Source: an uncultured Chloroflexia bacterium
GTDB taxonomy: Bacteria; Chloroflexota; Limnocylindria; Limnocylindrales; CSP1-4
NCBI GenBank assembly: GCA_963763775.1
Contig: CAVXPZ010000003.1
Location: 256,001-320,000, forward strand
Direction: 5' to 3'
Length of the DNA: 64,000 nucleotides
Shown: one piece after another, positions 51,051-64,000 of the stretch
Position numbering within the stretch: the stretch's first letter is position 1
Layout of the letters: each line of letters starts with the position of its first letter
Position numbers and translations under genes: made by a program
The notes under the pieces: model-generated
The model's input: the letters and a program-made list of their open reading frames with translations, nothing else
Databases searched by the model: none
What the model was told of the DNA's origin: nothing

Positions 51051-52070
51051 AGCCGCCCGGCCTCGGACTCGGCGGCGATCCACGGGATGACCTCGTCGAG
51101 CATCGCGTCGAGCGTGGTCGACGCCTGGAACCCGAGGACCTCGCTTGCCTTGCGGACATCGGGCACGCGCAGTTGCACGTCGTGCTCGAAGGGCGGATCG
51201 CTGACGAACCGGAACGGCCGTCCATCGGTGTGGACCTTCTGCCAGATGGTCTCGGCGAGCTCAAGGACCGTGGTCGAGGTGGCGGTCGAGAGGTTGTAGT
51301 CGTCGTTGACGGCCGCGGGCGACTCCATCGCGAGCCGGATGCCGTGCGCGAGGTCGCCGCCGTACGTGTAGTGACGGACCTGGGTGCCCTCACCGAGGAT
51401 GTGCAGCGGGTCCTGCCCCTTCTGCACCTTGAGAACCAGGTCCGGCACGACGTGCGAGAGGGCCAGCTTGACGTTGCCCGACATCACGTCGTGGTCGCGG
51501 ACGGCGCGGCGCTCGCCGATGCCGACGCAGTTGAACGGCCGGACGATCGTGTACGGCAGACCGTACTGCTCGAGCGCGCCCTTGGCGAAGTACTCCGAGG
51601 CGAGCTTCTGGAAGCCGTAGGTGGAGATCGGCGGCGGCGACGTCGAGCTGCGCGCCTTCCGGCGTGGGGAACACGGTCGACGACTCGTACACCATCGAGG
51701 AGGAGACCACGATGATCCGCTCGAGATGTCCGTCGCGATGCGCGTCGATCGCTGCGTCGAACGTCGAGGCGAGGATCCGCTCGTTCTCGGCGATCAGGTC
51801 GTAGGCGAACTCGTGGAAGTAGCTGATGCCGCCGATCATCGCGGCGGCGGCGACCACCTGGTCGCAGTCCGCAGCGAGCTCGCGCATCAGGCCCGCGTCC
51901 TTCGCGTCGCCCTGGACGAAGCGATAGCGCGGATGCCCGTCGTAGCTCTTGACCAGGGGCCCGTACTTGCTGAAGTCGTCGAGCCCGATGACGTCGTGGC
52001 CGGCCTCGAGCAGCTCCGGGATCAGGTAGCCGTTGATGAAGCCGGCGGCGCCGGTGACGAGGATGCGCAC
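51047..52070 (-). CDS. NAD-dependent epimerase/dehydratase (apparent frameshift near 51630)
   Basis: ILVTGAAGFING, SSSMVY, RPFN, GTQVRHYTY. Confidence 0.9.
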
Positions 52071-53280
52071 TAGAGGCGGATGCCTTCGCCGAGCGCTCCC
52101 CACACGTCGATGACGTCCTTGCCGCCCACGTGCAGGCCGCGATAGGCCTTGTGCGGGGCGCCGAGGACGAGGACGTCGCTCTCGGAGAGGACGCAGTCGA
52201 GTGAGACGAGCCGATCGTCGACGACGTACGGGTCGGTCGCGAGGACGCGAGCACCTGCCCACGACAGGAGCTTGCGGAGCTTGTAGCGAGAGCGAGGCGC
52301 GGGTGTCGTCTGACTCGCTCTTGAACGCCATCCCGAGGATCCCGATGGTCTTGCCCTGGAGCCCGCCGTAGCGGCGCTCGAGCGCCGAGACGATGTAGGC
52401 GGGCAGGCCCTCGTTCACCTGCATGGCGGCCTGGCCGAGCGGGAAGTGGTCCGAGGTGAACGCCGCGAGCTGCATCGTGTCCTTGAAGAGGCACGGGCCG
52501 GCGGCGAACCCGGGTCCCGGGAGGTCGGCGGCCCGCGGGTAGTCCTCACGGATGGCCCGCAGGACGTTGGTGTAGTCGACGCCGGCCTGGTCCGAGATCA
52601 TCAGGAACTGGTTCGCGACAGCGAACTTCATGTACCGCCAGGTGTTCGTGAAGAGCTTGGCGAGCTCGGCCTCCTTGGAGGTCGTGCGGATCGTCTTGTC
52701 GGTCAGATGGCCGAAGAGCGCGGCGGCACGGGCCGCGGCGGTGTCCTCATCGGCGCCGACGATCTGCGGCAGCGTGTGGAGCTCCTCGAGCGCGTGGCCC
52801 TCGGCGATCCGCTCGGGGCAGAACGCGAGGTCGACCGCGCGAGCCGCGGTCGGCGAGGTGCTGTGCGACGTAGGCCGTCGTGCCCGGGTAGACCGTGCTG
52901 CGCAGGACGACGAGGGTGCCGTCGCGAAGATGCGGGCCGATCTGGTCGACGGCCTTCTCGAAGATCGTCATCGACGGGCCGAGGAACTCGTCGACCGGCG
53001 TCCCGATGACCACCACGAGCTGCTCCGTCCGCTCGATCATCGAGCCGTCCGAGCCGAAGACGAGACGGCCGGTCGGGAGGACTTCCGCGAGGAGCTCCTC
53101 CGCGCCGTTCTCCATGAACGGCATCTGGCCGGCGGCGATCCGGTCGAGCGTCGCCTGGTTCGTGTCGTAGATGCCGACGCGCAGGCCCGCCTGAGCGAAC
53201 GCGAGGCTCAGGGGCAGGCCGACGTGCCCGCCGCCGCCGAGCACGACGACGTCGAGGTCGGGAGCGCCCGTTGGTGTCAT
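52070..53280 (-). CDS. Nucleotide-sugar dehydrogenase (UDP-ManNAc/GDP-Man DH family; several frameshifts)
   Basis: GGGGHVGLPL, IGTP, LRSTVYPGTT, PGFAAGPCLFKD, LGMAFKSESDD. Confidence 0.9.
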
Positions 53281-53362
53281 GGCCTCGACTGTAGCAGCGC
53301 GGTGCACCGCGTCACCGGGGGCCGATGGTCCTACCGGCGGTGGGTCACTCGGCGTCGGATGA

Positions 53363-54792
53363 TCACGCCGCGGGCGCCCGGAGCACGACGCCATCCTCGT
53401 CCCGGTAGGTCACGGTCCAGCCGGCGCCCTCGAGCCGGGCGACCTGCGCATCCTTGTCGTCGCCGGCGGCCACGAACCACGTGACATCCCAGTCCGCGAG
53501 CTGCTGCTGCCATCCGGCCCCGCCCGAGACGACCTGCTCATAGGCGGCCCAGACCGCCGGCGGGAAGACCTCGATCCGGGAGTCGAGCGACACGGGGTTG
53601 TCGCGCAACACGAACTCGAACCAGGAACCCCACGGCTGCGGGTTGAAGATCCGCTCGCCGGGCTTGACCTGGTCGCGGAGCGCGCCCGTGATGCCGGGCG
53701 GCGCCAGGCTGACCACCCCGACCGGAGTGCGTCAGCCCCGGGTCGGTCGGCCGCCAGACCGGGAGCAGCGCGACAGCCCGCCAGGACGAGCACGACGACC
53801 ACGGCCGACGTTGAGGCGCCGGATGAGCGGCGGGTCGAGGCGCGGTTCACGGACGGGCTCCGGCTCGGTCAGCAGCCGCCCGGCGACCGCGACCGCGGCG
53901 GCCAGCGGCCACCAGGCGAAGCCACGCACGGCATAGGTGCCGATCAGGAAGAACACGGCGAGCCAGGCCAGCGTCGGCCAGCTCGTCATCTTGCCGCGAC
54001 GCGCGATCAGGACCACGACGGCCATCGCGGATCCGAAGAACAGGAGCCCGGGGACGTCACGGAGGGAGGTCGGCTGCCACTCGGTGATCCGCCGGGTGAC
54101 CTCGGGGTTCGTGGACAGGCCGACGGCGTACGCCCACACGAACGGCCCCGTGGGCGTGAGACAGGCGGCCAGGGCGCTCACGATCGCGATCCCCAGGACG
54201 CGGCGCGCGCCCGGGTCGTGGTCGTGGAGGTCCTCCAGCCATGCGAGGCCCAGGACCAGCGGGCCGAGGAAGAAGCTGCCGTGAAGGTTCGCCCACGCGA
54301 TGACGAGCAGGGGGACGAGCCACAGGCGCATCGGATGCGACCGACGGTCCACGACCAGCAGGAGCACGACGGCGAAGATCGCCATACCGAGGAGCTGCGG
54401 GCGCAGGGCCAGCGTGACGGCGGCGACGAAGAAGGCCACCAGCGTCAGCCACGCGGCTCGGCGCTCGCCGAGGCCGCGGTCGCGGCCGACGACGTACAGG
54501 CAGCCGAAGATGACTCCGACCAGGCCGGCACGAAGCACGGCCAGGCCGGTCCACCCGAGCGCCCGGTAGACGCCGGCGAGGAGCGACTTGCGCCCCCCAT
54601 TGCTGGTCGTTCCACGCGGCGCCCGACGGCGGTGTACGTCCAGGTGTCGACGGTGGGCAGCGCCCCGGATCGCAGGATCTCGTCGCCGGCGCGCAGGTGG
54701 TACGCGAGGTCCACCGACGGCAGGCTCGCCAGGAGCGAGGCGAGCACGGGCAGCCCGACGGCCAGGAACGCCCAGAGGCGGGAAAGGGTCAC
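53363..54792 (-). CDS. Polytopic GT-C-like membrane protein (frameshifted)
   Basis: DLAYHLRAG, LRPQ, WANLHGSF, ITEWQP, WGSW, DSRIE. Confidence 0.75.
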
Positions 54793-54841
54793 GCGCGCAT
54801 CCTAGGGGCCGGCGGTGCGCGGTCGCACCACCCCGATGGTC

Positions 54842-56047
54842 CTAGACGGCGGCGGCGACCTCCGACGGGCGCACGGCTCGGGCGCCCTCGTCGTAGATGG
54901 TCTCGACCGCGTCGCACCATGAGCTCGATGCAGAAGCGGTCGTGGACCAGGTCGTGGCCGGCCCGCGCGAGGATGTCCGCGTAGGAGTGGTCGCGCAGCA
55001 GCCGGACGATCGCGGCGGCGAGCGCGTCCGGGTCGTGTGGGGGCACGAGGAGGCCGGTGACGCCGTCCTCGATCATCTCGGGGATGCCGCCGACGTTGGA
55101 GGCGACGACCGGCCGCGAGAGCGCCATCGCCTCGAGGATCGTGAGCCCCTGCGCTTCGCGGTAGGACGGCAGCACGGCGACATCGAGCGCGGCCGTGACC
55201 GCCGGGACGTCGTCGCGGCGGCCGGTGAAGACGACGCGGTGGGCGATCCGCAGCTCGCGCGCCTGGGCCTCGAGCGCGTCGCGACGGCTGCCCTCGCCGA
55301 CGACCAGGAGGTAGGCGTCCGGCACCGCGCGCAGGACCTGCGGCCACGCCTCGAGGAGCGTCGGGTGGCCCTTCTCGGGCTCGAGCCGGGCCACGACCCC
55401 GACGATCTGCGAGCCCGGCTCCATGCCGTACTCCTCGGGGAGCGTGCAGCACGGCTCCTGGTGGTCGTAGCGCTGGAGGTCGACGCCGTTGTAGATGAGG
55501 GTCACGGGGACGGACGTCCGGCCCTCGTCGACGAGCTTGTGCTCGATGGCCTTCGAGACGGCGATCAGCCGGTCCATGTGCGGCGTCAGCTCGCGCAGGA
55601 TCTGCTGGTCCTCGTTCGAGCGGATGCGGCTCGAGTGGATCGTCGCGACGAGGTACGGCCGACGCTGGCCGATCTCCGCCGAGGGCGAGGACCGCCCGTG
55701 TCGCGACGGTCTCGGCCCGGTACATGTGGGCATGGACGACGTCGGCTCGGACCTCGGCGAGGTGGGCGGCCAGCGCGCCGACGGCGATCGCGTCGTCGTG
55801 CTCGTCGATGACGAGGACGGGGATCCCCGCTCGCTGCAGCTTGCGGACGGCACTGCCCGCCGACAGCGCCACGACGGAGACGTCGTACCGCGACTGGTCG
55901 ATCCGCGTCACGAGGGAGTAGAGGTGCTCCTGGGCGCCGCCGTTCGTGCCCGTCGCCAGGACCTCGACGACGCGGATGCGGCCGCCGAGGAGCGGCGACC
56001 GGAAGACGGGTTCGAAGCACGGGTCCGATGGGAAGCGGTGCGGTCAT
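54842..56047 (-). CDS. GT4 (GT-B) glycosyltransferase (frameshifted)
   Basis: HAHM, IYNGVD, VARLEPEKG, PSYREAQGLTILEAMA. Confidence 0.9.
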
Positions 56048-57260
56048 CTCACCGGTCCCTCGTCGGACCAGGAGGCGCTGGATGGGCTCGTCGACGGCGC
56101 CCCACTCGTACTTGTAGGGCTCGTCGCCGCGGAGGAAGTCGATGCGGCGCTTGCCAGCGCGCGAGGGCGCGCTCGACGTAGGCATGACCATGACGACGCC
56201 CGGCGACAGGTCGCGGGCGTCCGGATCGACGCCGGCGTTGTAGTAGAGGTAGCCGTCGGGCGTCTCGAAGTGGACGCCGGCGGCGATGCGCCGCCCGCCC
56301 ACGGTCAGGAACGTCAGGCGGAGCGGGCCGTCCGCGCCGCAGAGCTCGAACAGCCGCCGGAAGAAGACGCGGCTCTGCTCGCCGCCCGGGCGTCGGCGGG
56401 AACAGGCCGTCGACGCCCCAGCGCTTCTGGTGGAGGTCGATGAACGCCTCGAGGTCGGCGAGCGGATCGGCCGAGTCGTCGAGACGGATCTCGCCGCTCG
56501 CCTCGGCCCGGCGGACCTTGCGCCGGATCTCGTGGCGCTCCTTCTTGCCGAGCGACGTCGAGGTAGTCGTCCATCGACGCGCCGACCGGCAGCGTCACGA
56601 CCGGGCAGACGTCCTCGCGCTCGAGGTTGAGGGTCCAGCCCTCGGCGATCTCGCGGGCGCCGAACGCCGCCGCGAGCGCGTCGGCCGCCGGATCGCCGCA
56701 GCGCAGTCGCCGGAGGTCGACGACGTCCCAGGTCGCCGCGCGCCGGCTCCGGCGCCAGGTAGTCGGCGAGCGCGTCCGCGACCGCGGGCAGGTCGGCCGG
56801 CGCCGCCAGGACGGTCGCGTAGTCGGCGTGATACGAGGCCCCGAAGAAGACGGCCGTGGCGTCGGGGCCACCGGCGTCAGCGTCGCGTCGGCGCCGTGGC
56901 GCATCGTCGTGTGCGTCGAGGCGTCGGTCGGCTCGACCTCGTGGCGGTGCATCAGCGGGACGATCGCGACCGGGTCGGCCGTCCGTCCGCCGGGCGTCGG
57001 CCGGGACCAGCGACGAGGGTCTCCTCGTGGGCGTTCGCGCCGTACGCGTCCCACCACGCGCGCTGGAACGCCCAGCCGGGAGAACGGGGTCGCCCACGGC
57101 GCCTGGGCAGCGAGCGCGTCCCAGGTCGCGGCCGGGATGCTCGGCGACGTCGCGTCGCTCGCGCGAAGCGCAGGGCCGGCGCCGTGGCCGCCTCGGTCGA
57201 GGCGGAGGCTGGGCCGGCCTCCGGACAGGCAGGCTCCCGGTCGATGGTCAGGGAGGTCAC
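56044..57260 (-). CDS. GNAT family, CelD/BcsL-like (Acetyltransf_6), frameshifted
   Basis: WQRAWW-like segment, ADY, YYNAGVDP, LSPG, DFLRGDEPYKYEWGA. Confidence 0.85.
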
Positions 57261-57316
57261 GCCCGCGAGGATAGCATCGGTCGCCCGAAATGGTTGCGGC
57301 GGCAACGGGCCCGCGG

Positions 57317-59615
57317 TCAGACGCCAGATCGTGAGGTACCGCAGAAGGTCGGCGTAGTCATCCGTGAAGGGATGGTCGGCGGCCTCCACCGGACCCCAGC
57401 CGGCCGCCACCAACGCCGCGATCTTCGCCGGATCTCGCGAGGCGGCGAGCCACCTCGACGGGGTCCCGCCCGGTTCGCCGGACGCCTTGGGGTCGTACGA
57501 GCGCTCGAGGATCGTGAGCCCTTCGCGGGTGACCGCCGCGGCGATCGGCGGCGCGAGGTCGTAGTACCGATTCGAGATGTGGAACGCCACGAGCGCCGTC
57601 CGGGGTCACGCGTCCGGAGCTCGTCGGCGATGGCCTCGACCGTCAGGAGGTGGACCGGCACCGAGTCCGACGAGAACGCATCGAGCACGAGCAGGTCGTA
57701 GCGGGCATCGGGCTCCTGCTGGAGGGAGAGCCGGGCATCGCCCACCACGATCCGCGGCGGGGTCGGCGCATCGGTCAGGTAGGTGAAGTAGCGAGGGTCC
57801 GACGCGACCTTCACGACGACCGGGTCGATCTCGAAGAAGGTCATCGGCGTCCCCGGTCGCTCGTAGGTGGCGAGTGCGCCGCCGCCCAGGCCCAGGACCC
57901 CGACGACCGGCGCCGGGTCCGCGGCGTCGGCCACGCGGAAGATGTCGCCCGCCGGCCCGCGCGTCGAGTAGTAGCTCAGCGGGATCCGCCGACGGGCGGG
58001 ATCGGTCGATTGCGTGCCGTGCACGGTCGTGCCGTTCATGAGGATCCTGAGGTCGCCGTCCGCCGGATGGAGGACCTCGGTCACGCCGAAGAAGCTGCGC
58101 TCCCGGAACTCCGCCGGCGGCTGGAGCACGAAGGTCGCCAAGGCGAGCACGAACGCGGTCGCGATGGCCAGGAACCACGGACGGGCTCCCACCGCGAGGA
58201 TCAGCCCGCCGACGAGCAGCCAGCGCAGACCGGCCTCGGCCGCGAGCGAGCCGGTCACGACGAGCCCGACGACCAGCAGACCGCCGAGGCGGCGAGGTAC
58301 GGCAGCATCCGGCCGCGGAACCCGGTCACGAACGGCCGGAAGTCCAGACGTCCGCCGGCTCGGCGGACCAGGGCCGGCGCCGGGGTCACGAGCGCCAATG
58401 CGACGAGGGCCGCCACGAGGAGGATCGGATATTCCCAGACGCCCGGGAAGACCATCGGCGCGACGATGGCGACGAAGGCACTCGCCATCGCGCCACCCAT
58501 GGCGAGGATCAGGTAGAACTCCGTGACGTGGGAGGCATCCGGGTGGTCCTGCGCCAGGCGGCCGTGGAGGGCGAGAGCGACGATCGCGAAGGCCACCAGC
58601 TCGAGCGGCAGGATCAGCGTGATGGGCCAGCCGCCGGCCGACCCGTAGGGGACCCAGAGGAGCGTGACCATGGCCGGGGCGGCGACGACCGCAGCCCTGA
58701 TGGCACGACCGCCGCGCGGCGAGAACGCGACGATGAACGATGCGAGATAGATCGCGAGCGGGACGACCCAGAGCAGCGGCGCCGAGACGAGGTCGGTCGC
58801 GATGAAGGTCGTGACGGCCGAGAGGAGACCGGACGGGACCGCCGCGAGCAGCAGCCATCGGAAGCGCCGGGGCCAGTCGATCGGGACGGCGGCGGTCGAC
58901 GTCGCGCGCTCGTCCAGAGCCGAGACCGCAGCCGTCGTCGCGAGCAGCCGCGCCCGAGTCCACAGCGACCGGGAGGACCCGGGTGGCCGTCAGCGCCAGC
59001 AGTCCGATGAGCACCGCGTACCCCACGGCCCAGACGCCTCGCTGCACGGACAGCCCGAGGCGTGGCTCGATGAGGAGCGGGTAGGCCAGGAGGGCGAGGA
59101 GCGACCCGCCGTTGCTGAGGGCGTACAGCCAGTACGGGTCGCCGGCGTCGCCGGCACTCGGGTCGCCGTCCGGCCGGGACAGGTGGAGCCAACCCGACAC
59201 CAACGGGGTCGTGGTCGTGAGGACGAACGCCGGCAGGCCGATGACGAGCAGCAGGATGCAGGACGAGGTCGGCGACGGGCGTGACCGCCTCGGACCGCAG
59301 GTCCGCGACGCGGGACGGAGCCGTGAGGAGCGCGACGAGACCGAGCCCGGCGATGACGAGGTGGATGGGCGGACCCCATCGGCCGAACCGCGTCACCGAG
59401 AGGTGGCTGTAGAGGTAGCCGGCCAGCAGCACCGCCTGGAAGAAGAACAGCGTCGTGGCCCAGACGGCCGGCGTGCCGCCGAAGACCGGCAGCGTCAGGC
59501 GGCCGACCAGCGGCTCCACGCTGAAGAGCAGGAACGCGGACAACCCGATCGGCAAGGCGAACGGGAGCGCGGTATCCAGGACGGGGCGAGCCACGGTCAG
59601 GCTGCGGACGGTCAT
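57317..59615 (-). CDS. Fused membrane/spermidine synthase-like protein (frameshifted)
   Basis: LSAFLLFSVEP, FFQAVLLAGY, YALSNGGS, RSFFGV, GTTVHG, VLGLGGG, FEIDP, GDAR, DAFSSD. Confidence 0.88.
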
Positions 59616-59686
59616 CGGTCCTCCGGTCGGTCGGAGGTCATCGTGGCGGCCGTGTCTCGACGGTCAAGTGAGAAGAACGGGTCATC

Positions 59687-61981
59687 TCAGCTCGGCGCGG
59701 CAGGCTCCGCGTTGACCCCGAACAGACGGCGGAGAAGGAAGTATTCGGGTCGGGGCTGGTCGTCGGTGATGAGTGGGCCGGGGCCGGCGTAGGCTCGCAC
59801 GGCGTCACCGCTCAGCCACTGCTGGCGCTTGATGACGTCCAGCCACCCGTCGACCGTGGTGGCCGGCGAGTCGTAGGCGCTCGAGATGTCCTCGAGGACC
59901 CCGGGGCGCGCCAGGATGGTCCGGGCGGTTTCGGGGTCGAAGAAGATCGGCGCGTCCGAGCCGAGCATGTACTGGCCATAGCCACCGGCGCCGCGGACCA
60001 CGACCACGTACGGGAACACCGAGGCGAACGTCCGGAGGTGGTCGCGGAACTCGCCGTTCTGGGAGCCGTACGGCACCCACTGCATCATGATCCCGTTCGG
60101 GGTCAGGTGGTCGTGGCCGGCCTGGTAGTACTCGAGCGATGAGATGACCGACGCGCCCGAGCTCTCGATCGGGGGTGGCGGGTCCGTGATGATGATGTCG
60201 AACTTCTCGTCGGTGAGCTCGAGGTGGTTCCGGCCGTCGGCGACGATGACCTTGCCGTTCGGGTTCGCGAGGACCACCGTGGCATCGGGGTAGTAGTAGC
60301 CGAACATCTTCGGGACGGACGGGACCAGCTCCACGACGTCGGTCTTCATCCCGGCGATCAACGACGACCGGAACGCGGTCCCCATCCCGAAGGCGACGAC
60401 CAGGACGCGGTCCGCATCGGGGCGCGCGATGAGCGGCAGGATCGGCATCAGCTTCGCGTCGACGGTGAGCAGCGTCATCGATGTGCCGGCGACCCAGAGC
60501 TCGGGCGTCGGCCGGACCTGACCGGCCTGCACGGACGCGATCTCGTCCTCGGTGGACGCGAAGATCGTCCCGTTGGCCGCCTTGATGAAGGCCTCGTTGG
60601 GCTGGACGATCGTCCCCGGGATCGCGACCGCGACGATGATCGCCACCGCGACCGCGGCGACCGAGCACCATCGTCGGTCGAGCCGGCGGGCGGCTCATCC
60701 AGGCCAGCGTGACGCCGACCGCGACGTTGACCAGGGCCAGCAGGACGATGATCGCCGGCGACCCGAGGGTCGGCATCAGGACGAACGGGACGAGCAGGCT
60801 GCCGATGATGGCGCCGGTCGTGTTCGAGGCGAGGAGTGACCCGGACTCCGTTCCGGATTCGCCGGCCTCATCGCGCAGGAGCGACGAGGCGGTGGGGAAC
60901 GCGATGCCCAGCACGATCGTCGCCGGCAGCACGACCAGCACGGCCAAGCCAAGCAGCGCGCGGATGGTCCCTCGCGGATCGCTCGGATCGAGCGCGTGCG
61001 GCTGGCGAGATCACCGCCACGAGGCCGACGATCGCGAAGATCGCCAGGATGATCTGCGTGACCGCGAGCACCCTGACCGGGTCACGGAACCGGCTGCGCA
61101 GGATGTTGTAGAGCAACGCGCCGATCGCGATCCCGATCAGGAAGATGGCGAGGATGACCGTGAAGACGTACGTCGTGTTCCCGGTGCCAGAGGCGAGAAG
61201 GCGCGTCCACGTCACCTGGTACGCCAGCGAGGTCAGGCCGGAGATGAACGCGATCACCAAGGCCAGTCGGACGCGCGAGGTCGGGGGGCCGTCGGTCGCG
61301 GTGTCGGTCGGTGCGGTCCTCGGCGCGACGGAGGGCGCTTCGGCGACCGTGGCCGCCTCCGACGCCGCTCGAGGCTCGCGTGCCAGCCAGAGCGCCGACA
61401 GCCCGGCGATCAGCGAGAACGCGGCGCCGACCCGGAGCGCCCCGGACAGCCCGAGCAGCTCGATGAGGATGAGGCCGGCGGCGAGCGTCCCGAGGATCGC
61501 GCCCGATGGTGTTCGCGGCGTACAGCCGCCCGAACGCGAGGCTCAGCTCTGACGCGCGAGAGAAGTGCCGCACGAGGCTCGGGAAGGTCGCGCCCATCAT
61601 GATCGTGGCCGGGGCCAGGGCCAGCACCGCGAGGACGAGCCGCAGGATCGGCAGCCACGGCGTCCCTTCGATCGCCGGGTAGATGCCGCGGTAGACGTCG
61701 TTGATGAGCCGGAACGAGAGCGGCGTCAACAGGACGACCACGACCAGCAACAGCTCGAGGATGCCGTACATCCGCAGTGGAGAGCGGACCCGGTCCGCCA
61801 CGCGGCCGCCGACGGCCGCACCGATCGCCATCCCGCCGAAGAATCCGGTGAGGATCGCGGACACGGCCTGGGTCGTGTTGCCGAACACGAGCACGAGCTG
61901 TCGGGACCAGACGATCTCGTAGACGAGACCGGCCGCACCGGACAGGGCGAAGATCAGAAGGACGAGGGCACCCTTACGCAT
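59687..61981 (-). CDS. Fused MFS/spermidine synthase-like protein (frameshifted)
   Basis: LSGAAGLVYEIVWSRQL, MGATFP, LYAANT; C-terminal VAFGMGT, VELVP, DGRN, DPPPP. Confidence 0.88.
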
Positions 61982-62831
61982 GTCGCCATGATGGGGTGCG
62001 CGGAGGCACCGCGGCACGCACCAGGGGTACTACCGCCACTAGAACGCTCAGCCCGGCGAACCACAGGGATGGAAGTGCCAGGGTGATGGCCACGACGCAC
62101 AGGACATCGCCCCGCCGTTCGTCGAGCCGCGACGCGATGACGACGATCACGAGCGCGGCGACCGCCCGGACCAGGAACGGGATCGGGACGAACGACGACT
62201 GGCCCATCGGCCCGTTCGCCGTCAGGAACGCGACGTACGCCTGCCAGTCCGCGAGCGACAGGGCGACGCTGACCGCGAGGATCGCCAGGCCGACGGCCAG
62301 CGAGATCGCCGCGTCGCGCCATCGGCCGCGGAGCGCGATGTACGGGATCCCCAGCCCAGGCGACACCTTGATCGCCGCCCCCACGGCGAACCAGCCCGCC
62401 CAGCGGCGAAGGCCCAGCACGACCAGGACCGCGAGGAACAGGTTGACGTTGCGGAACCAGAACTCCGCGGCGACCGGCGGGAAGGCGACGAGCGCGAGCG
62501 TCCAGAGGATGTCGCGGCCGGCAAGCCACCAGAGGGCCACCAGCATCCCGGCGGTCCACAGGATGCTGAACAGCCACGACGGCACGATGGCCACGACCGG
62601 CACCAGCGCCTGGGCGAGCGGTGGCGGGTAGAGGTAGGCGTACGGGGTGACGATGGTCGCGTTCGGGTCGTAGAGCGGCAGGCCGTGGAGGAGGCGATCC
62701 GCCGCGAGCCAGTAGGCGTGCTCGTCGGCCGGCGTGCCCCAGCGGTAGACCGCCACGACCAGCAGGAGGACCGCGCCGATCGCGGCCAGGACCACGAGCC
62801 ACCATGGGGCCTTCGCCGCGCTCGAGGTCAT
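61974..62831 (-). CDS. GT87/DUF2029 family glycosyltransferase
   Basis: DEHAYW, YLYPPPLA, NVN, AIKVSPG. Confidence 0.82.
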   Translation of the reverse strand: MTSSAAKAPWWLVVLAAIGAVLLLVVAVYRWGTPADEHAYWLAADRLLHGLPLYDPNATIVTPYAYLYPPPLAQALVPVVAIVPSWLFSILWTAGMLVALWWLAGRDILWTLALVAFPPVAAEFWFRNVNLFLAVLVVLGLRRWAGWFAVGAAIKVSPGLGIPYIALRGRWRDAAISLAVGLAILAVSVALSLADWQAYVAFLTANGPMGQSSFVPIPFLVRAVAALVIVVIASRLDERRGDVLCVVAITLALPSLWFAGLSVLVAVVPLVRAAVPPRTPSWRHA

Positions 62832-64000
62832 CGGTAGGCCAGATAGGCGCCGAGCGCCATCACGACGGTCCCGAAGACGATCAGCGCCTTCCAGCCGCGG
62901 CCCACGCCGTCCCGTCGGACCGCCGCGAGTCCACACAGCGCCATCACGAACGGCACCGAATCCAGGAAGTAGCGGTACCCGTATTGGAACCACCCACCGC
63001 CGTAATACAGCAGCGTCGGGATCAGGACCAGGATCGTGGCGGCGGCGAGCCACCACGAGCGGGGAGATCGCCAGTCGGCGCGCACGGCGAAGAGCAGACC
63101 GGGACTCGTGAGGAAGATCGACATCCCGAGCCCATCCATCCGGAAGAACGGGAAGTCCGGGCTGGCGAGCGGCAGATGGATGAACAGGTAGTCGAGGTTC
63201 ATCGGGATGTGGCGGATCGAGAACAGACCCAGGGCCCGTTGCTGCTCGAGGAACGGCGGGAGCGTGGCCAGCGCGTAGCCGGACTCGAACGGGTTCCCGA
63301 ATCTGACCTGGTTGTAGAGGAAGAAAGCCGCGACGGCTGGCAGGACCCCGACCCCGTACCAGAACCAGGTCCGGACTCAGCCGCGATGGGACCGCCACGT
63401 GCATCCAGTGACCGGGGAACCCGAGGACGATGGCGTACATCGGGATCGCGAACGCCAGCGGCGCCCGCGTCAGGAACGCGGCGCCGGCAAGCAAGCCGAT
63501 CAGCCAGGGCCGCCGCTGCCCCCAGATCTCGATGCAGACAGGCGAACGTCAGGATCGTCGCGATCAACTGACCGGTGTGCCAGACGCCGCCTCGGGTCGT
63601 GATCCAAAGGATCTGCGTCGAGAACCCGAACAGGACCGACAGCCAGACCCGGTCGCGAGGTCGACCGACCCCGATCCGACCGAGGAGCCACCAACACATC
63701 CCGACGCCGGCCGCCGCGAGGACGGCGTCGATGCCGGATTCGATCTGGTCGGCGGTCACGGGACCGATCAGCGCCACGATCGGCATCAACGCGACAGCCG
63801 GGAACGGGGCGAACGGGACGTAGACCCGTCCACCGACGAGGATCACGTCGAACGGACCGGGTTGGAACGTCCAGCCAGGTCCGTCCGTGCAGGAAGGCGT
63901 CGGCGAGGTAGAAGAAGTCGCCGCGACCGGCGTCGAAGTTCCGCGCGGCGAGCCAGTACAACAACGCGGAGATCGCGACCAGGGTCCAGCCGATGCCCGC
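62828..64000 (-). CDS. Polytopic GT-C-like membrane protein (5' partial, frameshifted)
   Basis: LADAFLHG, YVPFAPFPA, YNQVRFG-like segment, GWFQYGYRYFLD. Confidence 0.72.

Overview
A 64-kb window of high-GC bacterial chromosome. Gene content and style suggest Chloroflexota, possibly Limnocylindria-like; this is an inference. Many genes, including the essential argS, carry single-base frameshifts that look like long-read indel errors. The window contains a nitrilase, an LPPTD-tailed surface protein and argS. It also holds a dispersed THF-dependent histidine utilisation set (hutI, formiminotransferase, hutU, hutH, fhs, folD, cyclodeaminase), a LuxR-STAND regulator, and dinB followed by a small gene with two SOS boxes. 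Further along are rplI, lexA, dnaB, a dodecin, pcm and a large surface-glycosylation region with several GT-C-type membrane proteins and two fused MFS/spermidine synthase-like genes. The standout locus is 37.6-44.9 kb. A STAND/TPR/BTAD regulator is followed by two tiny peptide ORFs absent from the ORF track: MTAESIKGWLPESIKGW and MKARIVRVLVALSSVAMIALAGGASLRGF, which share an S-[IL]-[KR]-G-[WF] core. After them come a membrane-sensor HD-GYP phosphodiesterase and a DUF5317-like domain apparently fused to an MFS exporter. A lower-GC segment starts inside the regulator and ends inside the HD-GYP gene, like the pherotype cassettes of agr and comQXP. This looks like an undescribed peptide (quorum-like) signalling system coupled to cyclic-dinucleotide turnover. 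Other candidates are a CU-rich anti-SD-like sRNA, a 72-bp-period palindromic repeat array, DnaA-like boxes upstream of dnaB and widespread leaderless promoters.
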